Of a stretch of 55,158 nt of DNA, positions 9,398 through 20,027 are shown piece after piece. This DNA is from Atribacterota bacterium. Lineage in GTDB: Bacteria; Atribacterota; Phoenicimicrobiia; Phoenicimicrobiales; Stramentimicrobiaceae. The translations under genes and the position numbers were made by a program. Within the stretch, counting starts at the first letter, position 1, and each line of letters opens with the position of its first letter. Under the pieces are notes generated by a model, which was given only the letters and a program-made list of their open reading frames with translations, searched no databases and was not told where the DNA came from. The stretch is taken from the NCBI GenBank assembly GCA_028696495.1, contig JAQVGY010000002.1:1-55158 (forward strand). The letters run 5' to 3'.

Positions 9398-9610
9398 TTA
9401 AAGGGATTGGTCAGCTTTAATATTTTGTACCTTGTTTACCTTACCTGATTTCAGACACTGGGTACAAACATTTAATCTCTTAATTGAATTATTTATATTT
9501 ACTCTTACTTTTTGAATGTTTACCGACCATTTTTTATTACTCACTCTGTGAGAGTGACTGATTTTTTTCCCAAACTGTGGACCTTTTCCACATATCTCAC
9601 ATTTTGCCAT
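9398..9610 (-). CDS. rpmB: 50S ribosomal protein L28 (zinc-ribbon C4 form)
   Basis: MAKCEICGKGPQFGKKISHSHRVSNKKW..CTQCLKSGKV. GGAGG Shine-Dalgarno lies just upstream on the minus strand. Confidence 0.9.
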   Translation of the reverse strand: MAKCEICGKGPQFGKKISHSHRVSNKKWSVNIQKVRVNINNSIKRLNVCTQCLKSGKVNKVQNIKADQSL

Positions 9611-9864
9611 TGTTAATTCCTCCAGTATGTTCCTTGAAAAATAACGAATATTATTTTATCATAAAAGGATTACAATAATCAAGTATAATAATTTAAAGAA
9701 TATTATTAAATTATATCAATTCAATAAGAAATATGAGAATACTGTTCAAAAAAAACTTTAGCACTATTGAGAAAAGTTCAGTCTATCTTTAAAAATATTT
9801 TTATATAATAGTAAAAAGAGGATGTTTTGACCATTTTATTAAAAACCCTGAAGATAAATAATAT

Positions 9865-10428
9865 ATGAGAGTAATTGCCGGTATTTATAAGGGATTCAAA
9901 TTACAATCCTTCTCTGGTAAAGAGATACGGCCAACTCCCGGTAGAATTAGAGAAGCTATATTTGATATAATCAGTGCAGAAATAATCGGCGCAGAATTTT
10001 TAGACCTATTTGCCGGTACAGGAGCAGTGGGCATTGAAGCTATCAGCAGAGGTGCAAAAAATGTCACATTTGTTGAGATTGACAACAAGGCTATTGCTTT
10101 AATAAAAAGAAACCTACAAAAGATATCAAAAGATAATCTTTTTACTATAATAAAGAGTGATTACCTTCGGGCAATCAGATTTTTGAATGTTAAACAGAAA
10201 AGATTTGATATTGTTTTTTTAGACCCTCCCTACAATAAAAATTATTTTTTAAAAACATTGCATGAAATTGACAGAAACGTAATTATTAAGGAAGGGGGGC
10301 TTATTATCGTACAGCACCCGGCCGATTTGGTGGTGAAATATGATTTCGAAAACATATTTTATTTCAAAGAAAAAAAATATGGGAACTCAAAAATTACCAT
10401 TTTTTATATAAATTATAAACACACTTAA
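9865..10428 (+). CDS. rsmD: 16S rRNA (guanine966-N2)-methyltransferase
   Basis: RPTPGRIREAIFDI, SAM-binding DLFAGTGAVGIEAISRGA and the DPPY catalytic motif. Followed by coaD, as in Firmicutes. Confidence 0.9.
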   Translation: MRVIAGIYKGFKLQSFSGKEIRPTPGRIREAIFDIISAEIIGAEFLDLFAGTGAVGIEAISRGAKNVTFVEIDNKAIALIKRNLQKISKDNLFTIIKSDYLRAIRFLNVKQKRFDIVFLDPPYNKNYFLKTLHEIDRNVIIKEGGLIIVQHPADLVVKYDFENIFYFKEKKYGNSKITIFYINYKHT

Positions 10429-10441
10429 AAGGAGTTTTTTC

Positions 10442-10927
10442 ATGATAAAAGCCATTTATCCAGGCAGCTTCGATCCTATTACCAATGGTCATCTTGATAT
10501 AATATATAGAGCTTCAAAGATCTTTGATAAGATTATTGTTGTTATTGCTGAAAATACTAAAAAGAAATCTCTATTTTCTACAGATGAAAAGATGGATATG
10601 ATTCTAAATGTTATCAATAAGGGACTTCACAATATTGAAGTTCAATCATTCAGAGGCTTGTTAATAGACTGTGTTAGAACCAATAAAGCAAATATAATTC
10701 TGAGGGGTATGAGGGCAATTTCAGATTTTGAATATGAGACCCAATTTGCACTCATCAATAAAAAAATGGCACCCGAGATTGAGACAGTCTTTATGGTGAC
10801 CAGTACTAAATTTTCTTATTTAAACTCAAGTATCGTGAAAGAAATAGCCTCTTTAAATGGTTGTATAAGAGAATTAGTACCACCATATGTGGAAAAAAAG
10901 TTAAAAAATAAATATGGGTTTTCTTAG
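10442..10927 (+). CDS. coaD: phosphopantetheine adenylyltransferase
   Basis: AIYPGSFDPITNGHLDII (HxGH nucleotidyltransferase motif) and RGMRAISDFEYE. 161 aa. Confidence 0.95.
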   Translation: MIKAIYPGSFDPITNGHLDIIYRASKIFDKIIVVIAENTKKKSLFSTDEKMDMILNVINKGLHNIEVQSFRGLLIDCVRTNKANIILRGMRAISDFEYETQFALINKKMAPEIETVFMVTSTKFSYLNSSIVKEIASLNGCIRELVPPYVEKKLKNKYGFS

Positions 10928-10938
10928 TTGAAAATATT

Positions 10939-12246
10939 TTATAAATTTAATATGTGCATACTTCTGGTAAAATCCTGACTACCGGTTCTTAAATCTCTTC
11001 TGTTGTAAGCAAGAACATAAAGGTCAGTTGCCAGTATATCATAGTTTAACATATTTAAAAGGACATCATTCCCCAAACTACTATTATGACGGTAGAATCT
11101 TTTTAATTGTTGAACTATGGGTAGTTTTGAATTTAACTTAGCTTTTTGAAGAATGTTCCTTCCTTTTTTGCTCATACCCAATATACGACAATAAAGGGGA
11201 CCGTTTTTATTGAAGGTCTGTACTTCTTGTCTGGTTAGATTAAAGAGACTATGTATAATAATTCTTTGTATCCTGGTGCGAGTATATCGTTTGGATTTTG
11301 TCATGGAAATTAATTCTTCAATACTTCCTGTTAAAAGCGCAGCTTTTTTAAATTTATTTTCTAATCCCTCTTGAATCCCATTAATCCTTTTTAGATCTCT
11401 CGAAGGGATGCTTCTAAGTCTGTTAAATATGGCCTGCTCAAAATTTGAAAACAAAACAGGATTGATATCTTCTTTTAGTTGGTCGGAAATAATCTGATAT
11501 GATGAGAGAGGCATTGTTGTTTTCAATTCTTCTAAAAATTGAAAATTATCAGAATCAAAGTAATATTGGCTGATTAAATTCCTTATTGCAGTGGCACTTG
11601 AGTATCTTCCCTCTAATTTATTCTCAGAAAAACTTGAACCAATTCTTTTGATAGGCAAAACTTTGATACTACTTTTCAACTGTTGCAATGATATCATGTA
11701 TTCCAAAGCCAGAATATTGTTGGGCTGCCTTAAAATACTTCTTATTTCATTTAAAGATACCCCCATCCCCACTAATTCATGGTTATATTTTTGATAAAAT
11801 GAAATAATTGCCTTTTCACGAATTTTAGGAAAACTGTCTCCCTTTTTTAATTCTTCTTTTATAATTTTTTTAAATAATGGAGGGTTTTTTCTTATTAGAG
11901 TTGCCAGAGTAGAAAATATTTCAATTTCTTCGCTTTCACAACCAAAAGAAATATAGTCAACAACTCCTAAGGAATTCAAAATTTTAACTCCAGCCTGAGC
12001 GAATCCACGGGCATCCTGGCTGGCAAAGACATAAGGAAGTTCAATAACCAGATCGAAACCCGACTTAATAGCCATTTTAGTACGTACCCATTTATTCCAA
12101 AAAGCCGGCTCTCCTCGTTGTAAAAAATGTCCTCCCATAACAGCAATAGAAAAATCGGCTCCGGTTAGTTCTTTAGACTTTTGCAGAAGATATTGATGAC
12201 CATTATGAAAGGGATTAAACTCGGCAATAACACCCAAAACTGACAT
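10939..12246 (-). CDS. tmcAL: tRNA(Met) cytidine acetate ligase (UPF0348 / YlbM family nucleotidyltransferase)
   Basis: N-terminus GVIAEFNPFHNGHQYLLQKSKE (HIGH-type). Length of about 435 aa and position next to rsmD-coaD match B. subtilis ylbM. Confidence 0.8.
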   Translation of the reverse strand: MSVLGVIAEFNPFHNGHQYLLQKSKELTGADFSIAVMGGHFLQRGEPAFWNKWVRTKMAIKSGFDLVIELPYVFASQDARGFAQAGVKILNSLGVVDYISFGCESEEIEIFSTLATLIRKNPPLFKKIIKEELKKGDSFPKIREKAIISFYQKYNHELVGMGVSLNEIRSILRQPNNILALEYMISLQQLKSSIKVLPIKRIGSSFSENKLEGRYSSATAIRNLISQYYFDSDNFQFLEELKTTMPLSSYQIISDQLKEDINPVLFSNFEQAIFNRLRSIPSRDLKRINGIQEGLENKFKKAALLTGSIEELISMTKSKRYTRTRIQRIIIHSLFNLTRQEVQTFNKNGPLYCRILGMSKKGRNILQKAKLNSKLPIVQQLKRFYRHNSSLGNDVLLNMLNYDILATDLYVLAYNRRDLRTGSQDFTRSMHILNL

Positions 12247-12254
12247 ATCTTTCC

Positions 12255-12283
12255 TCGATAAAACAGAGATTCTGTGTTATAAT
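12255..12283 (+). promoter_or_regulatory. putative sigma-70 promoter of pta (extended -10)
   Basis: TCGATA (12255-12260), 17-nt spacer, TGtTATAAT (TG 12275-12276, TATAAT 12278-12283). Lies about 78 nt upstream of the pta ATG. Confidence 0.45.
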
Positions 12284-12360
12284 TATACGGTATTTCTGAT
12301 GTTTTGTGTTTCTTTTTATTAATAATAAAATCTTTATTATTGAGGAGGTAATAGTCTATT

Positions 12361-13362
12361 ATGAATATTTCTGAAAAACTGAGGCAGAGGGCAAAGAAAG
12401 AAATTAAAAAAATTGTTTTACCAGAAGGTGAAGAACTCAGGATGATCAAAGCAGCGGAGAAAGTTTACCAAGAAGGTTTTGCTGAGTTAGTATTTTTAGG
12501 AAAAGAAGAGGTGATTAGAGATATTGCTAAACATTCTAATATTGATTTTCCTGATACTATCGAAATTATTGATCCTGAATCATCTGAAAAGCTTAACACT
12601 TATGCAGAAATATATTACGAACTAAGAAAAAATAAGGGGATGACTGTTGACGAAGCTAAAAAGCTAATGAAAGACCCTCTGTTTTATGGAGCATTGATGG
12701 TCTATCAGAATGATGCAGATGGTCTGGTGGCAGGTTCAATAAATGCTACTGGTGATGTTTTTAGACCTGCCCTGCAGACTATCAAAACTTCCAGTAATGT
12801 AAGCATTGTTTCCAGCTCTTTTATCATGGTTGTACCCGATTGTAAGTATGGAGAAAATGGATTAATATTATTTGCGGATTGTGCTTTGTTTCCCGACCCT
12901 AATCCTGAAGAATTAGCCGATATAGCAATTGCCAGTGCCAATACTGCAAAGGTACTGGTAGGGGTTGAACCAAAGGTCGCCATGCTCTCTTTTTCAACAA
13001 AAGGGAGTGCCAAACACCCATTGGTTGATAAAGTAATAAAAGCAACTGAAATTGTCAGAAGAAAAGCTCCTGATTTGAAAGTTGACGGAGAGTTACAGGC
13101 AGATGCGGCTCTGGTTCCCGAAATAGGTAAGCGGAAATCTCCGGATAGTAAAATTGCTGGAGAGGCCAATGTATTAATATTCCCGGATTTGCAAGCCGCC
13201 AATATTGCTTATAAATTAGTAGAACGGTTAGCAAAAGCCGAAGCAATTGGGCCTGTTTCTCAAGGTATGCGAAAACCGGTCAATGATCTATCCAGAGGCT
13301 GTTCAGTTGAGGATATCGTTAATGTAGTGGCCATTACAGCACTTCAGGCCCAGGGTATATAA
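12361..13362 (+). CDS. pta: phosphate acetyltransferase (short, Bacillus-type)
   Basis: [50 protein letters not shown] and [24 protein letters not shown] Shine-Dalgarno upstream. Confidence 0.85.
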   Translation: MNISEKLRQRAKKEIKKIVLPEGEELRMIKAAEKVYQEGFAELVFLGKEEVIRDIAKHSNIDFPDTIEIIDPESSEKLNTYAEIYYELRKNKGMTVDEAKKLMKDPLFYGALMVYQNDADGLVAGSINATGDVFRPALQTIKTSSNVSIVSSSFIMVVPDCKYGENGLILFADCALFPDPNPEELADIAIASANTAKVLVGVEPKVAMLSFSTKGSAKHPLVDKVIKATEIVRRKAPDLKVDGELQADAALVPEIGKRKSPDSKIAGEANVLIFPDLQAANIAYKLVERLAKAEAIGPVSQGMRKPVNDLSRGCSVEDIVNVVAITALQAQGI

Positions 13363-13389
13363 TAGGGCACCTATTTTCTTATAATAAAT

Positions 13390-13418
13390 TTGCAAATAAT
13401 CAAAAATTTATATATAAT
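13390..13418 (+). promoter_or_regulatory. putative sigma-70 promoter of rpmF
   Basis: TTGCAA (13390-13395), 17-nt spacer, TATAAT (13413-13418). Lies about 50 nt upstream of the rpmF GTG start. Confidence 0.5.
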
Positions 13419-13468
13419 TGTTTTTCATTATTATTAATTATTTTAATTAACTTAAAAGGAGAGAAAAA

Positions 13469-13669
13469 GTGGCTCATCCAAAAAGAAAAACTTCTAAATC
13501 TAAAAGAAATCAAAGAAGGACACATTGGGTAGAAAATACTCTTAACCTTGTGCAGTGCTCACGATGCCATGAATACAAGCTGCCCCACCATGTCTGCTTC
13601 TCTTGTGGCTACTATGATGGAGAAAAAATTATTCCTGAAAAAAAGAGTTCTGAAGCAAAATCTACCTAA
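13469..13669 (+). CDS. rpmF: 50S ribosomal protein L32 (zinc-ribbon C4 form)
   Basis: GTG start after AAGGAGAG. MAHPKRKTSKSKRNQRRTHW..CSRCHEYKLPHHVCFSCGYY. Confidence 0.9.
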   Translation: MAHPKRKTSKSKRNQRRTHWVENTLNLVQCSRCHEYKLPHHVCFSCGYYDGEKIIPEKKSSEAKST

Positions 13670-13703
13670 ATAGGATGGTATCATTAAATATTCTTAATTC
13701 CAC

Positions 13704-13732
13704 TTGATTTCTTAAATCTTATTGTCTATACT
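13704..13732 (+). promoter_or_regulatory. putative sigma-70 promoter of fapR-acpP
   Basis: TTGATT (13704-13709), 17-nt spacer, TATACT (13727-13732). The -10 forms the left arm of an imperfect palindrome TATACT-N7-AGTAATA (13727-13746). Confidence 0.45.
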
Positions 13733-13800
13733 ATCAGTCAGTAATAAGAGCAGCCTTTATTAGGTGCTATTAAAATATTGACCTGTAATATAAATATAAT

Positions 13801-14412
13801 ATGGAAAAAAATTTAAGCAAAGAAAAAAGACAGGAAAGAATAAAAGAAAAAATATCTACTAATCCTTTTTTATCAGATGAACAGTTAGCAAAAATATTCC
13901 GGGTAAGTATACAGACTATCAGGCTTGACAGACTGGAAATGGGTATACCTGAAATGCGCAAAAGGGTTATTACACTGGCCCGCAATGCCTCATCTAAGGT
14001 AAAAGCATTAAACAAAAATGAGATAATTGGTGACCTTATAGATATTGACCTGGGAAAAAGCGGCATATCGACTATGCACACTACCAAAGATATGGCTTTT
14101 GGTAAAAATAACATTGTGAGAAGCCATTATATATTCTCCCTCGCTGATTCTCTGGCTATGGCTATTATTGATTCTGATGTAGTATTGACAGGAATTGCCC
14201 GTCTAAGGTATAAGAAACCAGTATATTCCGGCCAGCTTTTAGTAGCCAAAGCAAGGATTGCTACAAAAAAAAGTAATAAGTACCTGGTATCTGTACATAT
14301 AAAATGTAATCACAAAGAGGTCTTTACTGCTAAATTAATAATGGTTTCATTAGAACAAAAATCTAACAATAGTACTTTTAATATAGATAATCAAAAAATT
14401 AAGGAGTTTTAG
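13801..14412 (+). CDS. fapR: fatty acid/phospholipid synthesis transcription factor FapR (HTH + hotdog malonyl-CoA-sensing domain)
   Basis: N-terminal [48 protein letters not shown] is close to B. subtilis FapR (..[22 protein letters not shown]). C-terminal hotdog-like [24 protein letters not shown]. Confidence 0.88.
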   Translation: MEKNLSKEKRQERIKEKISTNPFLSDEQLAKIFRVSIQTIRLDRLEMGIPEMRKRVITLARNASSKVKALNKNEIIGDLIDIDLGKSGISTMHTTKDMAFGKNNIVRSHYIFSLADSLAMAIIDSDVVLTGIARLRYKKPVYSGQLLVAKARIATKKSNKYLVSVHIKCNHKEVFTAKLIMVSLEQKSNNSTFNIDNQKIKEF

Positions 14413-14417
14413 TAATT

Positions 14418-14651
14418 ATGGATATTATGGATAAAATAAAAAAAATTATTGTTGATCAGCTGGGGATTGAAGAAGACACAGTTAAAGAAAATTCTTCATT
14501 TATTGATGATCTTGGAGCCGATTCTTTAGATATTGTGGAATTGATTATGGCTTTTGAAGAAGAATTTGATATTGAAATAGCAGACGAAGATGCTGAAAAA
14601 ATAAAAGTTGTAGCTGATGTTATCCATTACTTAGAGGACCAAAAAAAGTAG
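14418..14651 (+). CDS. acpP: acyl carrier protein
   Basis: Phosphopantetheine attachment motif [24 protein letters not shown]. 77 aa. AAGGAG Shine-Dalgarno lies inside the fapR 3' end. Confidence 0.95.
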   Translation: MDIMDKIKKIIVDQLGIEEDTVKENSSFIDDLGADSLDIVELIMAFEEEFDIEIADEDAEKIKVVADVIHYLEDQKK

Positions 14652-14730
14652 TATCCACATTAGTCCTCACTTCCTGAAATTGTTAAAATGAGAGGGTATT
14701 AGGGGGCATAATAAGATAAGCTTAAATGAA

Positions 14731-15405
14731 TTGGAAGCAAAATTAGAGTATAATTTTAGAAATATAGAGCTACTAAAAAAAGCTTTAACCCATGCCTCGT
14801 TATTTAATCAAAAAGAAAAAGAAGAAATTAATCATTTTCAACGATTAGAATTTCTTGGCGATTCAGTTTTAAATTTAGCAGTAAGTGAATATCTATATTT
14901 TAAATTTCCTTTTTCCTCTGAAGGCGAATTATCCAAGATGAAGTCTATCATAATTAGCCAGCAATTCTTGGTCAATTTCGCCAATCAAATTGAACTAGAA
15001 AATTATATTTCTTTAGGCAAAGGCGTGGATTTGAAGAAAGGAAGAGGGAAATTTTCTATTTTAACAGACTGCCTGGAGGCCTGTCTGGGGGCAATATACC
15101 TGGATGGTGGAATTAATCACTGCCAGAAAATAATTAACAATTTTATGGAAAAAGAAAAAATTGAATCTTTGATAAAAGATCAAATAAATGATTATAAAAC
15201 CTATTTACAAGAATTGACTCAAAAAATATTTCAGTGTCTGCCCCTTTATAAGGTTGTGAAAGAAGAGGGATTGGAACATAGAAAGATATTTTACACAGAG
15301 GTATCTATAAAAAACCAGGTTTACGGAATTGGTTCAGGTAAAAATAAAAAAGAAGCAGAACAGAATGCTGCTAACCACGCTTTAAAAAAATTAGGAATCT
15401 TTTAA
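14731..15405 (+). CDS. rnc: ribonuclease III
   Basis: Signature QRLEFLGDSVLNLAVSEYL and C-terminal dsRBD (GSGKNKKEAEQNAANHALKKL). TTG is the first canonical start in this frame. Confidence 0.95.
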   Translation: MEAKLEYNFRNIELLKKALTHASLFNQKEKEEINHFQRLEFLGDSVLNLAVSEYLYFKFPFSSEGELSKMKSIIISQQFLVNFANQIELENYISLGKGVDLKKGRGKFSILTDCLEACLGAIYLDGGINHCQKIINNFMEKEKIESLIKDQINDYKTYLQELTQKIFQCLPLYKVVKEEGLEHRKIFYTEVSIKNQVYGIGSGKNKKEAEQNAANHALKKLGIF

Positions 15406-15420
15406 GAAAGGCCTTTAGCA

Positions 15421-18400
15421 TTGTTTCTTAAGGAAATTGGAATAAAGGGATTTAAATCCTTTGCTAACAAGATTAAATTGAATATCACACCAGGAATAAC
15501 CGTCATTGTTGGGCCAAATGGTTGTGGTAAGAGTAATATAATCGATGCGGTAAGGTGGATACTCGGCGAACAGAATATTCGCTCTTTGAGAGGAAACAAG
15601 ATTACTGACATGATTTTTGCCGGCAATCCAGAACAGAAAATGAGAAATTTTGCCCAGGTTTATATGCTTTTTGATAATACTGAAAGAAAGTTATCTATCG
15701 ATACAGAAGAAGTGGAGATAAAAAGGACAATTTATCGCTCTGGTGAAATTGAAAATTATATCAATGGTATCCCTTGTAGACTCAAAGACATTCAGGAACT
15801 TCTGCTGGGCTCCGGGTTAGGTAAAAATTCATATTCTATTATAGCTCAAGGTAAAGTTGACTTTATTTTAAATGCCAAACCTTCAGAAAGAAGAATATTA
15901 TTTGAAGAAGCATCTGATGTTTCAATTTACCGTAATAGGAAAGAAAAATCTCTGAAAAAACTTGAGGTAATAGAAAACAACATATTAAGAGTTAATGATA
16001 TTTTATACGAAGTTGAGAATACCTTATCTAATTATAAAAAAAAATCTGACGATCTGGAGACATATCAGTATTACCAGGACCACATTTTGAAACTGGAATA
16101 CTATTTAATGTACCAGCAATATAAATCTTTGCAAAGTAATATTATTAAAAATAACAATAAAATACAGTCTTTTAAAGATAAAATTATTAAAATCGATAAA
16201 ACAATTTTTGATTATAAAGATGAAATTTTCAAAACCGAACAAAAAAAAGAAGAATTAGAAAATCAATTAGAAGAATATTTGGAGCAATCTAAAGGAAATG
16301 AAATAAGTAAAAACAAACTTATTAATCACTTAACTGTGCTTAATCAAAAAAAAGTTGATATTGATAGACTAATACAAAATAACAGGGAAGACAGGGCAAG
16401 GGCTGAAAGCCAATATGAGAAATTTACCAATAATCTTGCTTCTATTGAAGAAGATATTGCTAAAACAGAACAGAATGAGAACATTTTTAAAAAAAATCTG
16501 AAAGAAGAAGAACTTCTATTAGAAAAATACAGCTATATTAATAGTTATTATAAGGGAAAAATATTAACTGTTGAATCAATCTCAAAAGATATCGAATTCT
16601 ATTATAATAATTATCGAGAAACCATTATTAAAAAAGGAGAAGAGGCAAAAGCTAAAAATATTTCTTTCTCTCAGATAGAAGCCCAAATAAAGCAACTAAC
16701 TAACCGAATAGCTGATAATCAAATACAAATAGAGAATATTGTTCTGGAAATATCTTATTTAGAACAAAACATTAAGCAACTAACTGAAATGGAGAAAGAG
16801 AAGAAAGCAGAATTAACCAGAGCAGAGACACTGATCGACAAAGAAAAATCTTTAATCCAAAGATACTTTAATGATATTGGTCTAAAAAATAAAGAGATAT
16901 CCCTTCTTAAAGAATTACTAAATACTATTCATAACGGGAAAATAGAAGACCTTGATGAATTTGTTGAGAAACATGGCTTAGATGATGGTGTTATCTGTTT
17001 TTGTGAACTTAAAAATGTAGTTTCTAATATACCTGATAATTTAAAACATGTTTTTGACTTTATTTTGGATGATGGAATAAAGTATTTGCATCTGTTGCAT
17101 TCGAGTAAAATCCCATTCTTAAAACAAAACTATGAAATAAAAATTGCTTCAAGAGTAAGAATTGCTGCCAGCAACCTTATCTCAACACATAACTATGATT
17201 TAAAAACTTTGAATTTAGGAAAAGAACCGGGAAAGGGTAGGGTTATTGGATTTGCCAATCAGCTGATTTCTTTTCCTCAGGGATTTAAAGATTTAATAGA
17301 TGCTGCTCTGGGAAATATATTAATTGTAGAAGATATGGTGACTGCCTTAGACATTGCTAACCAAATAAAAGGTAAATTGACTGTAATATCATTAGATGGA
17401 ATAGTAATAAATGAAAGAGGCATGGTTAGCATCGGCTTTGCCCCTGGTAAGCTAATAAAAGATAGGTATGAAATTTCCCAAAAAAGAATCCTAACTTTAG
17501 AGCATGAAATAAATTCTATTGATAGTGAATGGCAAAAAAGAAAATTAATCTTGGAAACTGAGAAAGAAAAATACAACCTGCTCCTCCACGAAGTAAAAGA
17601 CATCAGCAAAAAACTGAACAATTATATAATAAGGATTAATGAAAAAAAAGTTCGATTGGCTGAGAATAAAAACAATACATTAACTGCAGAAAACTTATTG
17701 AGTTCTTTAAAAAAAAGGCAGAGTGAAGAGATAGAGAAGATTGAAAATAACAAAAGAATAATTAAAATTTTAGATAAAGACATAAGTAGTGTTAAAAACT
17801 TTTTTGATTCAATTATTTTATATAATAAATGTCTTTCCCGATATAAAAACAACGGCATTGCTATTATTAATGAAATCAAAAGAAACATCGATAATTTTAA
17901 GATGAAAATATCCTGGAATGAGGAGAGAGAAGAATTTTTACAGAAAAGAAAAATCGAGATGGAGCAATTTGTCAATAGTTATCAACAAGAAGAAAAAAGC
18001 AGAGAAGAGAAGTTAGAAAACTTTAATAAAAACTATACACAATTAACCCAACAGGAGATTGAATTAAAAGAAAAACTTGACTGTTGTCAAAAAGAAGAAA
18101 ACAAGTTCATTTGTGAAATAAATAGAATAAAAGAGATTTTGAAAGAGAAAGACCACATTTTAAGAAAGGGAAGGGAAGGAATTGAGGCAGAACAAGAACA
18201 CCTCAATAGCGAAAAAAATGCTTTACATGAATGTGAAATGGTTTCTGTACAAAATCAAGAAAAAGTAAGCCATTTACTTCAGACTATAAATAATCAGTAC
18301 AATGCTACCATTGAAGAAATTCTATGTTATAAGAATTACGCTAATAATCAGGCAGGAGCTCTGGCTAAAATTTCCGAATTCAAAGAACAGATTAAGTCAA

Positions 18401-19023
18401 TGGGACAAATTAATTACAATGCCCCCCTTGAGTATCAAGAACAACTTGCCAAATTCAAAGAACTGCACCATAAAAAGGAAGAGATAGTTCAATCTAAAGA
18501 AAAAATATTAACTTTAATCGAAGAAATTGATAAAATAGCTAAAGAGCATTTTTATAATACCTTCCAAGAAGTGGAACTTAATTTTAAAGAGATATTTGAA
18601 AAACTATTCCATGGTGGCCAAGCATCATTGGAGTTGACTGATAATAAAAAACTACTGGAGACAGGTATTGAGGTGCTGGTACAACCCCCTGGCAAGCAGG
18701 TGCAGAATATTTCTTTACTGTCTGCCGGCGAAAAAGCTTTGACTGCTATTGCTCTTTTATTTGCATTATGGAAGGCAAACCCTACTCCTTTTTGTTTTTT
18801 TGATGAAATAGATTCTGCTTTAGATGATCTTAATGCAGTGCGTTTGTCATCTTTTATAAGAGATGATGCCATTCTTAAAGATTCTCAAATAATAATTATT
18901 ACCCATCAAAAAGAAGTTATGAAGGTAGCGGATGCATTATATGGAATTACTATGGATGGATATGGTACTTCTAAGTTAATGTCAGTTAGAATGTTAGAAA
19001 CGGGGGAGAATAGAAATCAGTAA
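15421..19023 (+). CDS. smc: chromosome segregation protein SMC
   Basis: N-terminal FLKEIGIKGFKSF and Walker A GPNGCGKSN. Long coiled coils with a central hinge (GRVIGFANQLI..ALGNILIVEDM). Signature LSAGEKALTAIALLFA and Walker B FCFFDEIDSALD. TTG start. Confidence 0.95.
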   Translation: MFLKEIGIKGFKSFANKIKLNITPGITVIVGPNGCGKSNIIDAVRWILGEQNIRSLRGNKITDMIFAGNPEQKMRNFAQVYMLFDNTERKLSIDTEEVEIKRTIYRSGEIENYINGIPCRLKDIQELLLGSGLGKNSYSIIAQGKVDFILNAKPSERRILFEEASDVSIYRNRKEKSLKKLEVIENNILRVNDILYEVENTLSNYKKKSDDLETYQYYQDHILKLEYYLMYQQYKSLQSNIIKNNNKIQSFKDKIIKIDKTIFDYKDEIFKTEQKKEELENQLEEYLEQSKGNEISKNKLINHLTVLNQKKVDIDRLIQNNREDRARAESQYEKFTNNLASIEEDIAKTEQNENIFKKNLKEEELLLEKYSYINSYYKGKILTVESISKDIEFYYNNYRETIIKKGEEAKAKNISFSQIEAQIKQLTNRIADNQIQIENIVLEISYLEQNIKQLTEMEKEKKAELTRAETLIDKEKSLIQRYFNDIGLKNKEISLLKELLNTIHNGKIEDLDEFVEKHGLDDGVICFCELKNVVSNIPDNLKHVFDFILDDGIKYLHLLHSSKIPFLKQNYEIKIASRVRIAASNLISTHNYDLKTLNLGKEPGKGRVIGFANQLISFPQGFKDLIDAALGNILIVEDMVTALDIANQIKGKLTVISLDGIVINERGMVSIGFAPGKLIKDRYEISQKRILTLEHEINSIDSEWQKRKLILETEKEKYNLLLHEVKDISKKLNNYIIRINEKKVRLAENKNNTLTAENLLSSLKKRQSEEIEKIENNKRIIKILDKDISSVKNFFDSIILYNKCLSRYKNNGIAIINEIKRNIDNFKMKISWNEEREEFLQKRKIEMEQFVNSYQQEEKSREEKLENFNKNYTQLTQQEIELKEKLDCCQKEENKFICEINRIKEILKEKDHILRKGREGIEAEQEHLNSEKNALHECEMVSVQNQEKVSHLLQTINNQYNATIEEILCYKNYANNQAGALAKISEFKEQIKSMGQINYNAPLEYQEQLAKFKELHHKKEEIVQSKEKILTLIEEIDKIAKEHFYNTFQEVELNFKEIFEKLFHGGQASLELTDNKKLLETGIEVLVQPPGKQVQNISLLSAGEKALTAIALLFALWKANPTPFCFFDEIDSALDDLNAVRLSSFIRDDAILKDSQIIIITHQKEVMKVADALYGITMDGYGTSKLMSVRMLETGENRNQ

Positions 19024-19024
19024 T

Positions 19025-19933
19025 TTGTTAGCTTCCTTAAAAACAGGCTTAAAAAAAACGAGAGATAGCTTAATTGATAAATATGATATGTTATTTACAG
19101 ATGCTGTAAAAGATAAAAATCTCTTTCTGGAAAAAATTGAGGAATTACTGATTTTATCTGATATCGGTCCTCGGACTACTGAAGAAATCTTAACTCGTTT
19201 CCAGGCAATTAATATACACCAGTATAAAATGAATGATTTTAATTATTTTAAAAAATATCTTAAACAGATATTAATTGAATTAATTCCTGCAACAGATGAT
19301 GCTTTCATTATAAATCCTGAAATATTAAATATAGTGATGGTCGTAGGGGTCAATGGCACAGGAAAGACATCTTTTGCCGGTAAGCTCGCATACTATTTCA
19401 AAGATGGAGCATTGGACACTTTATTAGTGCCCGCTGACACATTTCGGGCGGGTGCCATAGAACAACTAACTTATTTAGCCAAACAAATAGATGTTGAGGT
19501 AATGAGAACATCAGCCGGTTCAGAACCAGCTTCTGTTGTTTTCGATAGCATACATTCTGCAAAAGCTAAAAAGAAGAAATTATTAATAATTGACACTGCA
19601 GGAAGGTTGCATACTTATAGCAATCTCATGAAAGAATTAGAAAAGGTAAAAAGGGTGATTAAAAAAAATGCACCCGAAGCAGCATTGAACATTATCTTAG
19701 TAATTGATGCTACTACCGGTCAAAATGGGCTTGCCCAGGCTATTAGTTTTAAAGAATCTCTGAATATTTCCAGTATAACTTTAACTAAATTGGATGGCAC
19801 ATCAAAAGGAGGAATAGTATTCACTATTCAGAAAGATTTGTTAATTCCCGTCTCATTTCTCACTTATGGAGAAAAGATTACCGATTTATGCAGATATGAT
19901 ACAGAAAAATTTATTGAGATACTGCTTAATTGA
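19025..19933 (+). CDS. ftsY: signal recognition particle receptor FtsY
   Basis: SRP-GTPase NG domain motifs GVNGTGKTSFAGKLA, DTAGRLH and TKLDGTSKGG. TTG start 1 nt after the smc stop. Confidence 0.9.
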   Translation: MLASLKTGLKKTRDSLIDKYDMLFTDAVKDKNLFLEKIEELLILSDIGPRTTEEILTRFQAINIHQYKMNDFNYFKKYLKQILIELIPATDDAFIINPEILNIVMVVGVNGTGKTSFAGKLAYYFKDGALDTLLVPADTFRAGAIEQLTYLAKQIDVEVMRTSAGSEPASVVFDSIHSAKAKKKKLLIIDTAGRLHTYSNLMKELEKVKRVIKKNAPEAALNIILVIDATTGQNGLAQAISFKESLNISSITLTKLDGTSKGGIVFTIQKDLLIPVSFLTYGEKITDLCRYDTEKFIEILLN

Positions 19934-20027
19934 CACCACTTATAATTTTCTATATACTTATAGGGAATTTTTTATTTTTTTTATTTAAAAAGTTTCAATC
20001 CTTTGTTTTATTGTGATATTGGGAATA

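Noticed and set aside
13362-13380. Short hairpins after pta (ATAGG-GCA-CCTAT + TTTCTT) and after ftsY (CTATA-TACT-TATAG + T-rich) as intrinsic terminators.
   Set aside because: The stems are only 5 bp and mostly A/T, too weak to call without transcript 3'-end data. In general I could not find convincing GC-rich terminators in this window.
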